64,000 nucleotides of DNA from Octopus sinensis (Eukaryota), in assembly GCF_006345805.1 (NCBI RefSeq), contig NC_043014.1, positions 3,100,001 through 3,164,000 of the forward strand. Direction: 5' to 3'. The notes beneath the pieces are model-generated. The model saw only the letters and a program-made list of their open reading frames with translations, ran no database searches and was not told where the DNA came from. A program made the translations under genes and the position numbers. Below are positions 26,540 through 40,022 of the stretch, one piece after another; within the stretch, counting starts at the first letter, position 1; each line of letters begins with the position of its first letter.

Positions 26540-26890
26540 CCTTTCGTTACTGTATCTATTTTGAGATGCTCTGTTTCTTTCAATTACTTTAAATATAACA
26601 AAGAATTTAGTAACATAACTTAATTATCATTAAGCTGGTGCTAGGAACATAAATTGAGACTAAGGTTTGGTAGAAGATTTTAATTCAGAACTTATGAAAA
26701 CAAGACATTTGTACTACAGAGCCAGAGCCGGTTTCAGCCAGGTTGGTAACAAAAGGCTTAAGCTGGTGTTTGGAACAGAAATAAACATGAAATTTTGATA
26801 TAAACTTTAAATTTGCATCACTTTCAAACAGGAAAGTCTGTGTCCTGAATGAGAAATGGTCACAAGCAGGTTGATATCAAAAGAGTTTGG
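26540..26890. mobile_element. piggyBac-type MITE A monomer inserted at a TTAA of another piggyBac-type MITE
   Basis: ttaa|ccctttcgttac...aaaaggc|ttaa followed by host sequence gctggtgtttggaac...gttgatatcaaaagag. Confidence 0.75.
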
Positions 26891-27160
26891 CACCAACGCT
26901 TTGTTAGCTCAGGTTTTATAGCTTGAACCTAGATGAGGCAAAAATCTGATTGTGCTGGCTAAAACACCAGTCCATCATTCCAAGTTGATGTGATATCAAA
27001 TTCCATGGTTATCTTGGAAAACAGAATTCATGTACAATATTGTTGCACTCCAGAGACAGTGTCATAAGAAATCTCCTGGGATAGAACACCAGTCTATATC
27101 AAAGTTAACATTCCCCGATTATCTGTTCACATGACAAACTTTGGCGAATTCTGGTTTTAA

Positions 27161-27379
27161 CCCTTTAGTATTTAAACCGGCCATATCCGGCTAAAATAGT
27201 TAATCTGTTTTATGTTCAAACTGACCAGATCCAGGCTCTCACACCTACCCTACAATGTTATTCTACATTAAGTAATTACACCACCAAGATTTTGAAGATA
27301 TGAGATAATGCACGATTAATTCAAATCAATGGGAATCAATAGGCATTATGTTTGATTGAATAATCTGTACACTAAAGGG
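27161..27379. mobile_element. piggyBac-type MITE, family B
   Basis: TTAA|ccctttagt...actaaaggg|TTAA. Confidence 0.8.
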
Positions 27380-28184
27380 TTAATGTAGAATATCATGCTC
27401 TGTCCCTAGGGGCAGGAAATACCGCCAGCAGACTTGAAGCAAAGGCCTATGCCTTTGAGCAGGTAGGTGGCACAATATTCTACCCAGTACCCTTATCTCA
27501 CCTCTAGTTTGTGTTATGAAAAGGAAAAAAAAATATTTAAAAGAAACACTTAGAAGGAAAAATATGTAGTGTGTGTGTGTGTGTGTGTGTGTAAAGAGAG
27601 AGTGATGTTCGTGAGCATGTTGAAAGGGGGGAGATGAGACAGGTGTGAGGTAGAGAGGTATGTTGAAGAGGGAGAGAAAATGAGAGACGAGTGGTGGGGA
27701 GGGAGAGAGAGAGAGAGATAAGTAGATAGCTAAATAGATAAAAACACAGTGGAGGAGGGGAGCCTGTGATGACGAGAGGTATCAAGTTGCTTGAAAGAAG
27801 TGGTAAGACTTGATTAAGAGATTAAGCCAGGTTTATTTACGTAATCAAAACAGCTGCTTCAAGAACAATAGTGAGAACAACAATTATTTACATACGCAAC
27901 ATATATCATACTACACACACACACGCATACATGGAAACTATTACTGAGGGCGATTTGCCCCCCCCCCCAATCAACTTTTATGGGTGGTCGAACAGGTGGG
28001 TACAGAAACGTGTTTAGCTGCCGGCAACATGAGGGAGGACGGACAGGGTATATGTGGGTGTATACATACATGTGAGTATACATATATGTATGTGTATACA
28101 TGTACGCATATATATATCGTCTATTTTTTACTTATTTCAGTCATTAGACAGCGGCCATTCTGGGGGACTGCCTGGAGGAATTAA

Positions 28185-28345
28185 ATGTGACCTCGTGTGT
28201 ACCGTTGGCGATTTTTTTTCCCTCTGTCTTCCCTTCTCCTATGTTTCCGACGAAGAGCTCCGCTCGAAACGTTAAACCCTCCTTCTTTCCTGATCGTTCA
28301 ATAATACTATATTTGTTCCACGTCCTTGTGTTGTGCTTTCTTGTT
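28185..28345 (+). mobile_element. PLE-like tail repeat carrying a hammerhead motif
   Basis: Homologous to 51075-51262 (cgttggcgattttttt...gttccacgtcct...gtttggattaact). Confidence 0.7.
28243..28277 (+). ncRNA. Minimal type I hammerhead motif with core CCGACGA
   Basis: GUUU-CCGACGA-A-GAGC(UCC)GCUC-GAAAC-GUU-AAAC. Confidence 0.6.
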
Positions 28346-28354
28346 TGGATTAAC

Positions 28355-28385
<31 letters not shown>

Positions 28386-28859
28386 ATATATATGTGTGTG
28401 TGTATATATATATATATGGGCTTCAAATTTTGGTACAATGCCAGCAATTCTGGGGGCGGGGGGAAATTGATTTCATGAACCCCAATGTTCAGCTGGTAGT
28501 TCTTTTATTGACCCCCAAAAGGATGAAGGGCAAAGTCAACCTCAGCAGGATTTGAACCCAATATGTACGTATATATTAAACTGTGGTTAGTATTATAAAT
28601 GTACTTGAGGCATAACAATGGAACCTTAACTGGTAGCAGGGACTCAATACTGAGACTCAAATTCATAGTAAAGCTCATGTTGACTTCGCAGTCTCTCTTC
28701 CTCTGCGTGAATGTGAGTGACCACGAGGTTAATTTCACTTTGCGACAATAAAGTCCCCAGTTCACTTGTACATTGTGGCCTTTGAACAGGTGTCCTTTAC
28801 CAGTGCCTCAGATCAACCCCAAAATTGTGCATGAATTTAAGGAGATGGAAACTGGGGTG

Positions 28860-29192
28860 TGAAAGCCCGTTCGTGGCCGTTGCCAGCCTCGCCTGGCCCC
28901 CGTGCCGGTGGCACGTAAAAAGCACCATCCGATCGTGGCCGTTGCCAGCCTCGCCTGGCCCCCGTGCCGGTGGCACGTAAAAAGCACCATCCGTCCATGG
29001 CCGTTTGCCAGCTCCGTCAGCACCCACTACACTCACGGAGTGGTTGGCGTTAGGAAGGGCATCCAGCTGTAGAAACACTTCCAGATCAGACTGGAGCCTG
29101 GTGCAGCCTTCTGGTTTCACAGACCCCAGTAGAACCGTCCAACCCATGCTAGCATGGAAAGCAGACGCTAAATGATGATGATGATGATGATG
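28860..29192 (+). mobile_element. RTE tail element with an internal tandem repeat of about 62 bp
   Basis: cgtggccgttgccagcctcgcctggcccccgtgccggtggcacgtaaaaagcaccatcc twice plus a partial copy, then the standard tail ending in (ATG)n. Confidence 0.85.
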
Positions 29193-29759
29193 AAAAGGTT
29201 GAATGTCATATACCGTGAAGAGACTTAGTAATTCTTCCTGAAGATTATGTTAGAGAATCACACACCTGAAGAATTACTGTGCCACTTAAATGCTAATACA
29301 GTCAGCAGGGGGTCCAGCTGATTGGTTAACAGGAATATGAATGCGAGATCTGTTTCTATTTCCACAGACACAAAAATCTACAGAGAATATGAAGAGCTGA
29401 GGTGATAAATAGCCCTAGGAGCTACAGCAGTAAACAGATTTGTTAAGATATGGATACAGTCAGTTGTATGTAAGTGTGCATACACACACACACACACAAT
29501 ATGTATACATATATATATATATATATATATAAAATAGCGTGTACGTTAGAACACATTAGGAGGCTTCCAAATAGGAAAGCCTTGTGCTAGAAAGAGCAGT
29601 CGAAAACTCAAGCCTCTTAATGTGTTTCAATGTACACGATATTTTTATGTGAATAATATATAGTCTATTGAATAATTTTTTTGTGCTAGGCCACTGGTAA
29701 TAATAATTTCTATAATTCTTATTACCCTAATATTATTTATTATGTTTAGATATTTTTTG

Positions 29760-29797
<38 letters not shown>

Positions 29798-30102
29798 GCC
29801 TGTGTGGAGAGAAGGGGGTAGTTAGAGAAATGAAAAGATGAAGTGGATTTAAAGATAGACAAGGCATAGATGAAGAGATATGACACAAATATCGCATGTA
29901 CGTTGGAGAGAGGGGTGTGTAGAGAGAAGGGGTAGAGAGGGTGGGAGGGGAGAGAGAGAGAAAGAGAGAAGAGATGGGGGTTAGATGATTCAGATGATGA
30001 TCTAAGTAGGTTTATTTCAGAAATGTTTGTGTGAGGGAAGGTTACAATGCATCAGATATTTGCCTCTTATCATACACACAAATACATGTATATATGTGTA
30101 TA

Positions 30103-30195
<93 letters not shown>

Positions 30196-30539
30196 TTATA
30201 TATGCACTAAAGTGTTTATGCGTATGTGCTTGTGAGTGCAAAAAAAAAAACTGTCATACGTACTAATCAACTTAAAAGCTAATTAAACATTTCCTCAAAC
30301 GCACACACTTCACCACCACCACCACGCTCCTCCATCCCATACACACATAACCACTTGTGATGAAGTCTTCTGTCAAATGATGCATGGTGGTTCTGTGAAT
30401 AACTAACCCACCGCTTCCCAACGGTCTTCACTACCAAGGGACCCCATCAGCTCCACCGCCCTTTTGTTTTTATTTGAATTCATTTTCCCATGAACCCCCA
30501 ACCTTTTCAAAAGCACCCCCTACTCAATAAGCTCAGTTT

Positions 30540-31075
30540 ATTGAGCCAACAACAAACTCATTTTCCCACTTTCACATATTTTATATATACATACATATAC
30601 AATATATATATTTATACATACACACACATATAATACATTTATACATACACACACATACAATATATATATAAATATATATACACACACACACACACACACA
30701 TACATACATACATACACACACACAATATATATTATATATATATATATTATATATATATATACTACACACACACTCAATCAATATATATACATATATATAT
30801 ACACACATACAATATATATAAATATATACACACACACAATATAAATATATATATATACACACACATACAATATAAATATATATATATACACACACACATA
30901 CAATATATATAATATATATACACACACACATACAATATATACATATATACACACACACATACAATATATATACATATGTATACACACACACATACAATAT
31001 ATACATATGTATACACACACACACACAATATATATTATATATATATATATATATTATATATACATATGCACATAT

Positions 31076-31122
<47 letters not shown>

Positions 31123-31170
31123 GTGTGTGTGTGTGTATATATATATATATACACACACACACATGTATCT
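30540..31170. repeat. Compound (TA)/(CA) microsatellite
   Basis: Repeated acacacacatacaatatatata-type units. Confidence 0.95.
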
Positions 31171-32794
31171 ATAATTATACGTAATTAAGTAATTATTCAT
31201 TTTACACTAACACACTACATCCTTTCATAATTTCAAGCATAGCACACAAACCTTCGCCCCTCCACCCCCCCCCACCCAGAACCAATTTGGAAACCACTGA
31301 ACCAAGTGTTTATGGCAAACCATAAATTATGGTTGGATGAAGAACAGTGTTGAAGAATGTTGCTGCTTCAGGGATGGAACTGAGGAAGAATGCCAACAAC
31401 TTGCTGGAATTGAGTTGCATATTTATGCCGTTACAAATCGGTGGTGATTCAGAGAAAGACTAGAAAACTAAGCAAAGCATGCACACCACCACATCACACA
31501 AAATATACCACATGGAGCTAATAAGGAAGGGTCTATGCAGTTTATTCAAAAAACAGCCCCAAATTTTAATTTGTCTTAAATTGTGAGTTACTATTTTACA
31601 CAAGGGAAGAAGAGACATTTTATAACGTAGTGAAGGGGCACTATGACTGAAACAAATGGGAGGGTCGAGGGTGGAACGCTTCTGATCATAGGTGTGTTTG
31701 AGGTTCAACAACAGCAAAATGCTACACATCGAGTAGTCCTTGAGTACGCAACTCAACTATTGCTGACAACATTGCTCTCAATAACCCCTATGTTCCCAAA
31801 GGATCATAATTCGCCCACAACAAAACCCCACCTATTTTAATTGATTTTATGGCAAACTTGACTTTTGTGAAATTTGAACTTAAAACATGCAGGGTTACAA
31901 ACTAAATAACTCTTTCTGCTACTTTACCATCACCACCACCACCAACAACAACAACAGTTATTAATTTAGGGGCATGGCCTACAACTTTTGAGGGAGAAGA
32001 CCCTAACTGATTAAATCAATCTCATTACCAGCTATTAGTTTGTGCCAGTCGCTGTCAAGACCTCAGGTGGTCTCAGACCCCAGATTGCAGATTCCCTCCA
32101 GAAAATAAGGATAACTGAGGCCTATGCAAGAACTGAGCCCCATAAAGTGGGAGTGGCTGTACAGTGAATGGCACTGGCCATTCTCTGCAGCAATACCTTT
32201 GCAATCATTTCTGTGAGGCACTGTTAAACGTGCCATTTATTCTGGAGTGTAGAACCCATTACTTCCGCCCACCCATCATCTGCTACATAATCCCAACTTT
32301 CTGCTTTTACTCGGTTTCCTTGATGAGGTAGTTATGGATTCCCCACTCTCAATAATTCAATTTATTATACTTTGAATGGATTTTATTTCTATTTTATTTT
32401 CTTCCTGTAAAAATTTGTCATTAATAAAATGTAATCTCATTACTTGACAGGCACTTCATTTTATTGGCCCCAGCGAGATGAAAGGCGAAGCTGACCTTGG
32501 TAGGACTTCAGCTCAGAATGGAAAGCGCTGAATGGAAAAGTCACTTGGCACATACTGACGATTCTGCCAGCTCATTATCTTCCTAATGAGAATATTTTCC
32601 ATTGGACACAGTCACAAATTTAAAGGCAACAATTAATGACGGTGGCAGCAATTATTGCAAAGATGAAAGCAGCTATTAAGCGGTGTGACGAGAACTATTG
32701 AGCCGACAATGACAAGGAACAAGAGTAATGGTGCTGATGACAAAAAGGGTCGATGGAACGAAGACAGATGACATGGGTTACAATGACAAATCCT

Positions 32795-33155
32795 TTATCT
32801 TGTACTTGTTTCAGTCATCAAATGGCGGCCATTCTGGGGCACCAGGTTGAAGAACTTTTAGTCAGACAAGTCAGCCTCAGAACTTATGGATTTTTAAGCC
32901 TGGGACTTATTCTATTGGTCTTCTTTTGCCGAACCACTAAGTTATGGGGGATGTAAACACACCAACACTGGCTGTCAAGTGGTGGTGGAGGACAAACACA
33001 GAAATACATAACTGCAAGATGAACTTCTTTCAGTTTCCATCTACCAAATTTATTTAAAAAGCTTTAAATGGCCCAAGGCTATAGTAGAAGACACTTGCCC
33101 AAGGTACCATGCAGTGGGACTGAACTAGGAACCATGTGGTTGGTGGGAAGCAAAA
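32795..33155 (-). mobile_element. SINE family 1
   Basis: tacttgtttcagtcatc...gccgaaccactaag...gaagacacttgcccaagg...gaaccatgtggttgg. Confidence 0.8.
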
Positions 33156-33682
33156 TTCTAACAAACAAACAAAAAAAGGGGAAGAAATGTCTGATGATGA
33201 AAAGAATGCAGATAACGACTATGGATAATGTAATTAATGATGAAACAGCACTTAACTACAGTAATGATAAAATATGATGGAATAAATTATAATGAGGTGA
33301 ATATGATAGAAGGATTATTAGGAATTTTAATTTTTAGTATTTTATATTATCATCATCGTTTAACGTCTGCTTTCCATGCTAGTATGGGTTGGACGGTTTG
33401 ACTGAGGACTGCCGGGAACAGCGCCGTCACTCATGCTTTCTGCACTCACGGGTTTCATCTTTTTCTTTTCTTTCTGATAAAAGGCAAAGACAGTACACCC
33501 AAGACCCTTTTTCAAGGACTCTGACACAAGTGGGAGAAAGAAGGAGGAATGGAAGGCACCCTGAAACATTATAGGAGCCAGGTCCGAAAGTTTACAACAG
33601 AGTAGCTCCCACTGAAAGCACCTGACGAGGGACCGAATGGAGCTGTTAAAACAGGGTGGAAGGTTAAGGCCATCACTTAAAA

Positions 33683-33868
33683 CAGGGGTCGGGCAACTTT
33701 CTTTTAATCAATTACCCCCTGAAATACATTTAATTATGCAGACATGACACCCTTGATTCGAAAGGAAGAAAATCAGAGATAACAAAGAACAAGTTTTTTT
33801 TTATAGAATTTTACTTATGTCTAATCAGACCCCAAGAACTTCAATTTACCCCGGTTTGCCGACACCTG
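33683..33868. mobile_element. hAT-type MITE
   Basis: TIR caggggtcgggcaac versus gtttgccgacacctg; flanking 8-mers acttaaaa and gtataaaa match only partly. Confidence 0.65.
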
Positions 33869-34518
33869 GTATAAAAGGACCAATATGAGGACAGAATATT
33901 TAGAATAGTCAAGATGGTAATGAGGGCACAACTTTAACCAGGACAATGAAATGACACTACTACTACTGTTTTAGATGATTTGAAAAAGCTTAATTGGAAT
34001 GAGAGAACAGCAATGGTGACAATGAAATATAACGAACATGGTGGTGACGAAGCAAAGGAAGACCATGCTGGTTATGAAGAAGACAGAATGGTCAGTTGAA
34101 GGACAATGAAATGACAAAACACTTGTCACAGTTACGACATCCGATAACACTATAAAGAGAGACGATAACCAAAAGTGGAGATGATGAAGATGACAAACAG
34201 CAGTCTGTTGTTTACTAAATTCACTGCTTAACACATTATGGACAAATGATTATTAATTATTTATTATTAAGGCAGTTTCATTAAAGCTGTGTGGACAACA
34301 GTTAGAGTATCATGAAAAAGAAAATAGCTTCTGTTATTATTTCAGCTCTTAATATTTCAAGTTCAAACCCCACTCAAGTCAACTTGGCCTTCAATTCTTT
34401 TGGAGTTAAGAACCAGTCGAGAACTAGGATCAATAGTATCAACTAACGCTCTGGCCTTGTGCTGAAATCAGAAACCATTACTACTACTACTACTACTACT
34501 ACTACTACAGCTACTACT

Positions 34519-34890
34519 AAGGCATCAAGCTGGCAAAATCGTTAGCATGGTGGGTAAAATGCTTTGTAGCATTTCATCTGTGCTTACGTTCAGAGTTCAA
34601 ATTCTGAGATCATCCTTGTCTTTCATCCTTTCGGGATCAATGGAATAAGTATCAATTGAGCATTAAGGGGCCGATGTAATCGACTTAGCCCCTCCCCAGA
34701 AATTGCTGGCCTTGTGACAAAATTTGAAACCATTATTATTATTATTATTATTATTATAAGTGGCATTTCACCTGTCACTATGATCCGAGTTCAAATTCCG
34801 CTGAGGTCAACTTTGCCTTTCGTCCTTTTGGGGTCAAATTAAGTACCAGTGAAACACTGGGGTCAATGTAATCGTCTTGTCCCCTTGCCC
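34519..34890 (+). mobile_element. Decayed SINE family 2 copies
   Basis: aagctggcaaaatcgttagc...gagttcaaattc...ctttcatcctttcggg and a second ccgagttcaaattccgctgaggtcaac. Confidence 0.7.
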
Positions 34891-35406
34891 TAAATTTCAG
34901 ATTATTATTATTATGGCAGTAGATTGTCAGAATCATTAACTTATTTGAAAAAAAAAGGTGCCTTGAGGTATTTCTAATCTCTACATTCCGAGATCAAATC
35001 CTACGGGATCATTCCAAGGTCTGTGTCATTAGATATTTATGAAATACCAAGACCAATGAATTCAATTAACCCTATCTTCAAAAATAGCGGGTCTTGTACC
35101 TAAATTAGAAAATCAATATTATCATTGTTATCATTGGCAGTAGTACACTGAAGACTGGGTATTTGGGTTGTTTTAATCCTCCAGGATATACTTCAATTAA
35201 GTCCGTACATAGATGGAAAAAAACTTTAAGAAAAAAAAAACGTTTTCTTTTAATTTTGCGATTTTCTTAAAGGGCCAAACAGAATCCAATGTGAGAGATG
35301 TCTAACCATGCAAGATAAAATGGAAGTGGAAAAAGGAAGATACAGCAAGGAAGAAAATGCAGTGTTTGTATGTACGAGTGTATGTGTGTCTGTTTTTTCT
35401 GTGTCC

Positions 35407-35442
35407 CTTTTTGAAGAAGAGCATAGGCTCGAAACGTAAAAG
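35407..35442 (+). ncRNA. Minimal type I hammerhead-like motif with core UUGAAGA, in a PLE-like repeat (35390-35530)
   Basis: CUUU-UUGAAGA-A-GAGC(AUAG)GCUC-GAAAC-GUA-AAAG. Confidence 0.55.
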
Positions 35443-35570
35443 TCTTTTTCTATTCCTGAGCGTTGTACTAATACATCTGTTTGTTTTGTACACCACCTGT
35501 CTTCGTCTTTTGTTTTTTTCATAAACTCTCTCTCTCTCTCTATATATATATACACACATACATACATAGT

Positions 35571-35720
35571 AGGCGCGGGCATGGCTGTGTGGTTAGGGAC
35601 CTTGCTTCCTAGCTACATGGTTTCGGGTTCAGTCCCACTGCGTGGCACTTTGGGTAGGTGTCTTCCACTATAGCCCCGAGCCGACCGGAGCTTTGTGATT
35701 GAATTCGGTAGGTGGAAGTT
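35571..35720 (+). mobile_element. SINE family 1, 5' part
   Basis: ggcgcgggcatggctgtgtggttaggg...gggttcagtcccactgcgtggcac. Confidence 0.8.
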
Positions 35721-35770
35721 ACTGACGTGTGTGTATGTGTGCGTATAGCTGCTCAGTGCCTCTCCGAAAG

Positions 35771-35801
<31 letters not shown>

Positions 35802-36107
35802 CACACACAAACACCTGCAAACAAGTGAAAGGGGTACAGTGAACTTGCTGTGAGTAATGGAATATCCAATGTTTTGGATGTAATCCTTCATCACTGTACT
35901 CCTTTCACTTGTTTCCATATTTTTTCAAGTCTTGCCGACACAGAGCTACACAAAATTCCTTGTAGTTTGCCTATATATATATATATATATATTACACACA
36001 CACACACATGCATATAATCCTTTTGGAGTTGATTGAGTACCAGTCAAGTACTAGGGTCAATGGTTTCCACTAACCCATGTCCCCTTGTATACATATAGCA
36101 TATATAT

Positions 36108-36153
<46 letters not shown>

Positions 36154-37091
36154 TATAGATATGGTTGCATGTCGTGATACAGCAAATTACCATTTATCTG
36201 ATGTAAAACTCAATACATGGTGGGGCTGGATGGAGAGGAGTGTCTGTGAGTCTGAGGATTCCACAGGGAAAGTTTAACAAATAAACTGCCACCCTTTATG
36301 ATATAACCTGGAGAGAGGGGGGAGGGAGAAGCATGAATAGAAAGACAGAAAGAGACAGAGAGGGATAGAGAAGGGAGAAGACAAAGGCATAAAGACAAAG
36401 AAAGGAAGAAGATAAGATAAAGTGGAAGGAAGAGGAAGAGAAGGAAGGAAACAAAGAAAAAACGGAAGAAGGAAAGAGAAGAAAGAAAGCAGAAGGAAGA
36501 TGGTAAAGAAGTGACAAAAACGTTTTATTCAACTCAATTCATTTTCTTTGAAGATTGTGGAATTTATAAAAGAAAAAAAAAAAAAAAGAAAAACATGAAA
36601 AGGAACCCATTTCAGGAAAAGAAAAGAAAAAAGGAGTGGGGAAGAAGAAAAAGAGAAATAGTAAAAAAGGAAGAAGAGAATGAAAGAAAGGAAGGAAGAA
36701 GAGTTAGGTGGGTGCTCTAAAATGAATGAGGTTTGTTCCATTGTTAGTGAGCCGATCAGTACCAAATTGTTTGTGGTGTCCATTGGGTGGTGGTAGGGGT
36801 GGGTAAGGTGGGTAGAAGGGAAAAAAACAAAAGTAGTTTTGGAGTCAAGGTTGTTGGTTGTTACTAATCTTTTTTTCTTTTTTGGAAGAGATGAAATAAT
36901 GATGTAATTTAAGATAAATAGAGATAAAAGAGAAACGAAATGATATGTGTGTGTGTGTGTGTGTGTGTGTGTACGTTGACTTTTTCTTTAACACAGAAGA
37001 CAGAGAGGGATGTTTCTGTGTAAGTGTGAATGTATGTGGAAAGAATGTATATATATATATGTGTGTGTGTGTGTATATATATATAAATATG

Positions 37092-37132
<41 letters not shown>

Positions 37133-37232
37133 CTATATATATAATATATATACTTTATTAAAGCATATTACTCTATCACTGGTATTTGAGTACTCTTTTT
37201 TCCACCTTGTTTCACATTTATGTGTTTACTCC

Positions 37233-37271
<39 letters not shown>

Positions 37272-37874
37272 ATATATATTATATATATATACACACACAC
37301 ACTATCATCAGGGCTGGCATGTAAGTGGAAAGAATATGATTTATATTTGTCAGATTATGTGATAAAAGAGAACTATGCATATATGTGTATGTGTATATAT
37401 ATATATATATAATGAAAGAGAGGTGTGAGTGTGTGTGTAAAAGGAATTATATTTTAGTTAGAGACTTGTGTACAACAAAGGAAATGCATTTTTTTTTACC
37501 AGAGAAACGACGGATCTGTGTGAAGGGGTATATATTTATTTGTCAAAGACTGTATGTGTATAATGTGTATACACACCTAGGAATATGTGCGTGCCTGTAA
37601 CATTTCTGTATGTAATTATATATCATATTACAGACTAAGAAATAAGTGGTGTATATCGGAGAGAGAGATGCCAAGACAGTATGCGTACACCTGTATGAAT
37701 GTGTGTTTGTGTGAGCAGTTGTATGTAACACTGTGTGTGTGTGTGTGTGTGTGTGGTGTGAGAGAGAGTTAGTAAGTGCATATGTGCAACACTGCAACAA
37801 CAACAGCAGCGCTGATCGACGAATGCGTGAGGAGTGTATTCAACAATATAAAGTACATACATACATATATACAG

Positions 37875-37908
<34 letters not shown>

Positions 37909-38497
37909 GCTGTAATGTATGAATGTGCTATCCTATACATGAACAAATGATCGATTAGTGCCTGCTTGTGTGTGTGTGTGTGTGTAGTCGGAGTAGAGTT
38001 GGGAGGAGGAGGTGATGGTGGTGGTGGAAGAGGTGGAGGAGGAGGATGAGGAGGTGGAACAAGTGGTAAAGGAGTGGATGTTGCCAGAAGGCATCATCGA
38101 TTGGATGCAAATAAAAGCTAGTAGTTGACTCACATACACTGCAGCAACATCGATCTGGGATTGTGGCGGCGGCGTGAGTGGTGGTGGTGGTGGTGGTATG
38201 AAGAGGCTGGTGAGCAGTTGTACAGATGTGTGTGTGTGTGCGTGTAGGTGTTGTATGACTAAGAAGTTGCATGACTAGAAAGATGTATATAGAGTGTGTG
38301 CATATGTGTGTGTGTGTGTGTAAGCAGAGAGATGTATATAGAGCGTGTGACTAGGATGAAGTGTGTGTATATATGTGTATACACACACACGTATATATAT
38401 TATGTATGACTAGCAAGACGGATGAGTGTGTGTATAATGTATGACAAACAAAGATAAGGACGTGTGTATATAATTTGTTGACTGCAGGATTATATGA

Positions 38498-38535
<38 letters not shown>

Positions 38536-38661
38536 GTATATATATATATATAGATATATATATATATATAATATAGTGTATGATTAGAGCTATATCTGTT
38601 GTGTGGCACAAGAGGTGTGTATATAGAGCCAATGTACACATATAGTCTGTGTGTGTGTATA

Positions 38662-38695
<34 letters not shown>

Positions 38696-40022
38696 CATAT
38701 ATATACATATATGTATGTATATATATATATACATACATGCACACACACACACATATGTATGGTAAGAGCATGAGGGAGGGGCCAGTGTATTCGTTGTTGC
38801 TATCATCAATGGTAATGGGACTAAAAATAACCCCACTACATCAGTTAAGGGAGAGAAAAAAAAAATAAAGGGACAAACAAAAAATCCTTTATCTGACTCC
38901 CTACTCTCCCCCTTTTCTTCTTACCACACACATTCAACAACTTCTCTTTAACCCCCCCCCCCTTTTTTTCACACTAAATCTTGCATTTTGTGCCCCACCC
39001 CACCCCACCCCGCTGCCACTCATTCAAACGCAACCCCTACTCAGCTCCCTATTTTCAGCTTGTTCTTTTCTCGCTCACTCCACCTCATTCAACATTTATA
39101 TACCTACCTACCTACCTATTCATCTATCCCTGTCTATGAATATATTGACCTAACTATCAATCTACCTACCTAGCTAGCTACCAAGCAATTAATCTACCTA
39201 GTAGTCTACCTATCCAGCTATCTACTTCACCTACCTACCTACCTATCTATACCTCTCTCTCTATCACTTGCTCTTTTCTTTCTCTATCATGCAACACGCC
39301 CCCTCTTATATCTACCTCTAAAACCCTCAGTATATATACACACATATACATACATACCTGGCACTTCTTCAATGCCTTTCCCTGTTGTTTTTTTTTCATT
39401 ATTATATACATAATATATACCTCATTAAACCTCCGTTTATCTACTGAACAACCCAACCTCTAATTACAAACATCATCTCTTGGATACACACATTCACTGC
39501 ACACTCTTCATCCAGCCAGCCATCCTCCCCGTGTCTTTTTCTTCCTAAGCCAACTCTCTCTGTCTCTCCATCTCTCTTTGCACATACACACCAATGAATC
39601 TTACCAATATTACCTCTCTACTAGTTCATGTCCTCAGCTCTCTTTCCATTACTCTCTCTCTCTCTCTCCATCCTAAAACAACCATTCATCCTTCCATTCG
39701 CAGTAAAAACAAAAACCAACACCTTCTTCACTGTATGTATATATATATATACACACACACACATATACATTTGTATACATACATATACATTTGCGCATAT
39801 GTCTTTCTCTCTTTATCTCTCTTCTTTACTTCCCCTGCTAATTAAGTCTTCTCTTACTAATAATTTATGATTATATTAACATATACGATAACACACACAC
39901 ATTTATACATACATAATATATATATATATATTCCTGTGCACACATACACATACATGTGTTTTGTGCATATACAACACATTACGTAGGCATATACATACCC
40001 ACACACAAACATACATGTATGT

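Noticed and set aside
31305-31450. Open frames on both strands, one resembling GPCR TM7 (FFNTVLHPTIIYG)
   Set aside because: NPxxY spacing is wrong, there are no upstream helices and no convincing splice sites
33581-33634. Possible type II hammerhead: GGUCC-GAAA...GCUC...CUGACGA-G-GGACC
   Set aside because: Stem II and a bulged stem III can be drawn, but stem I cannot pair (C opposite C at the base); at best a relic
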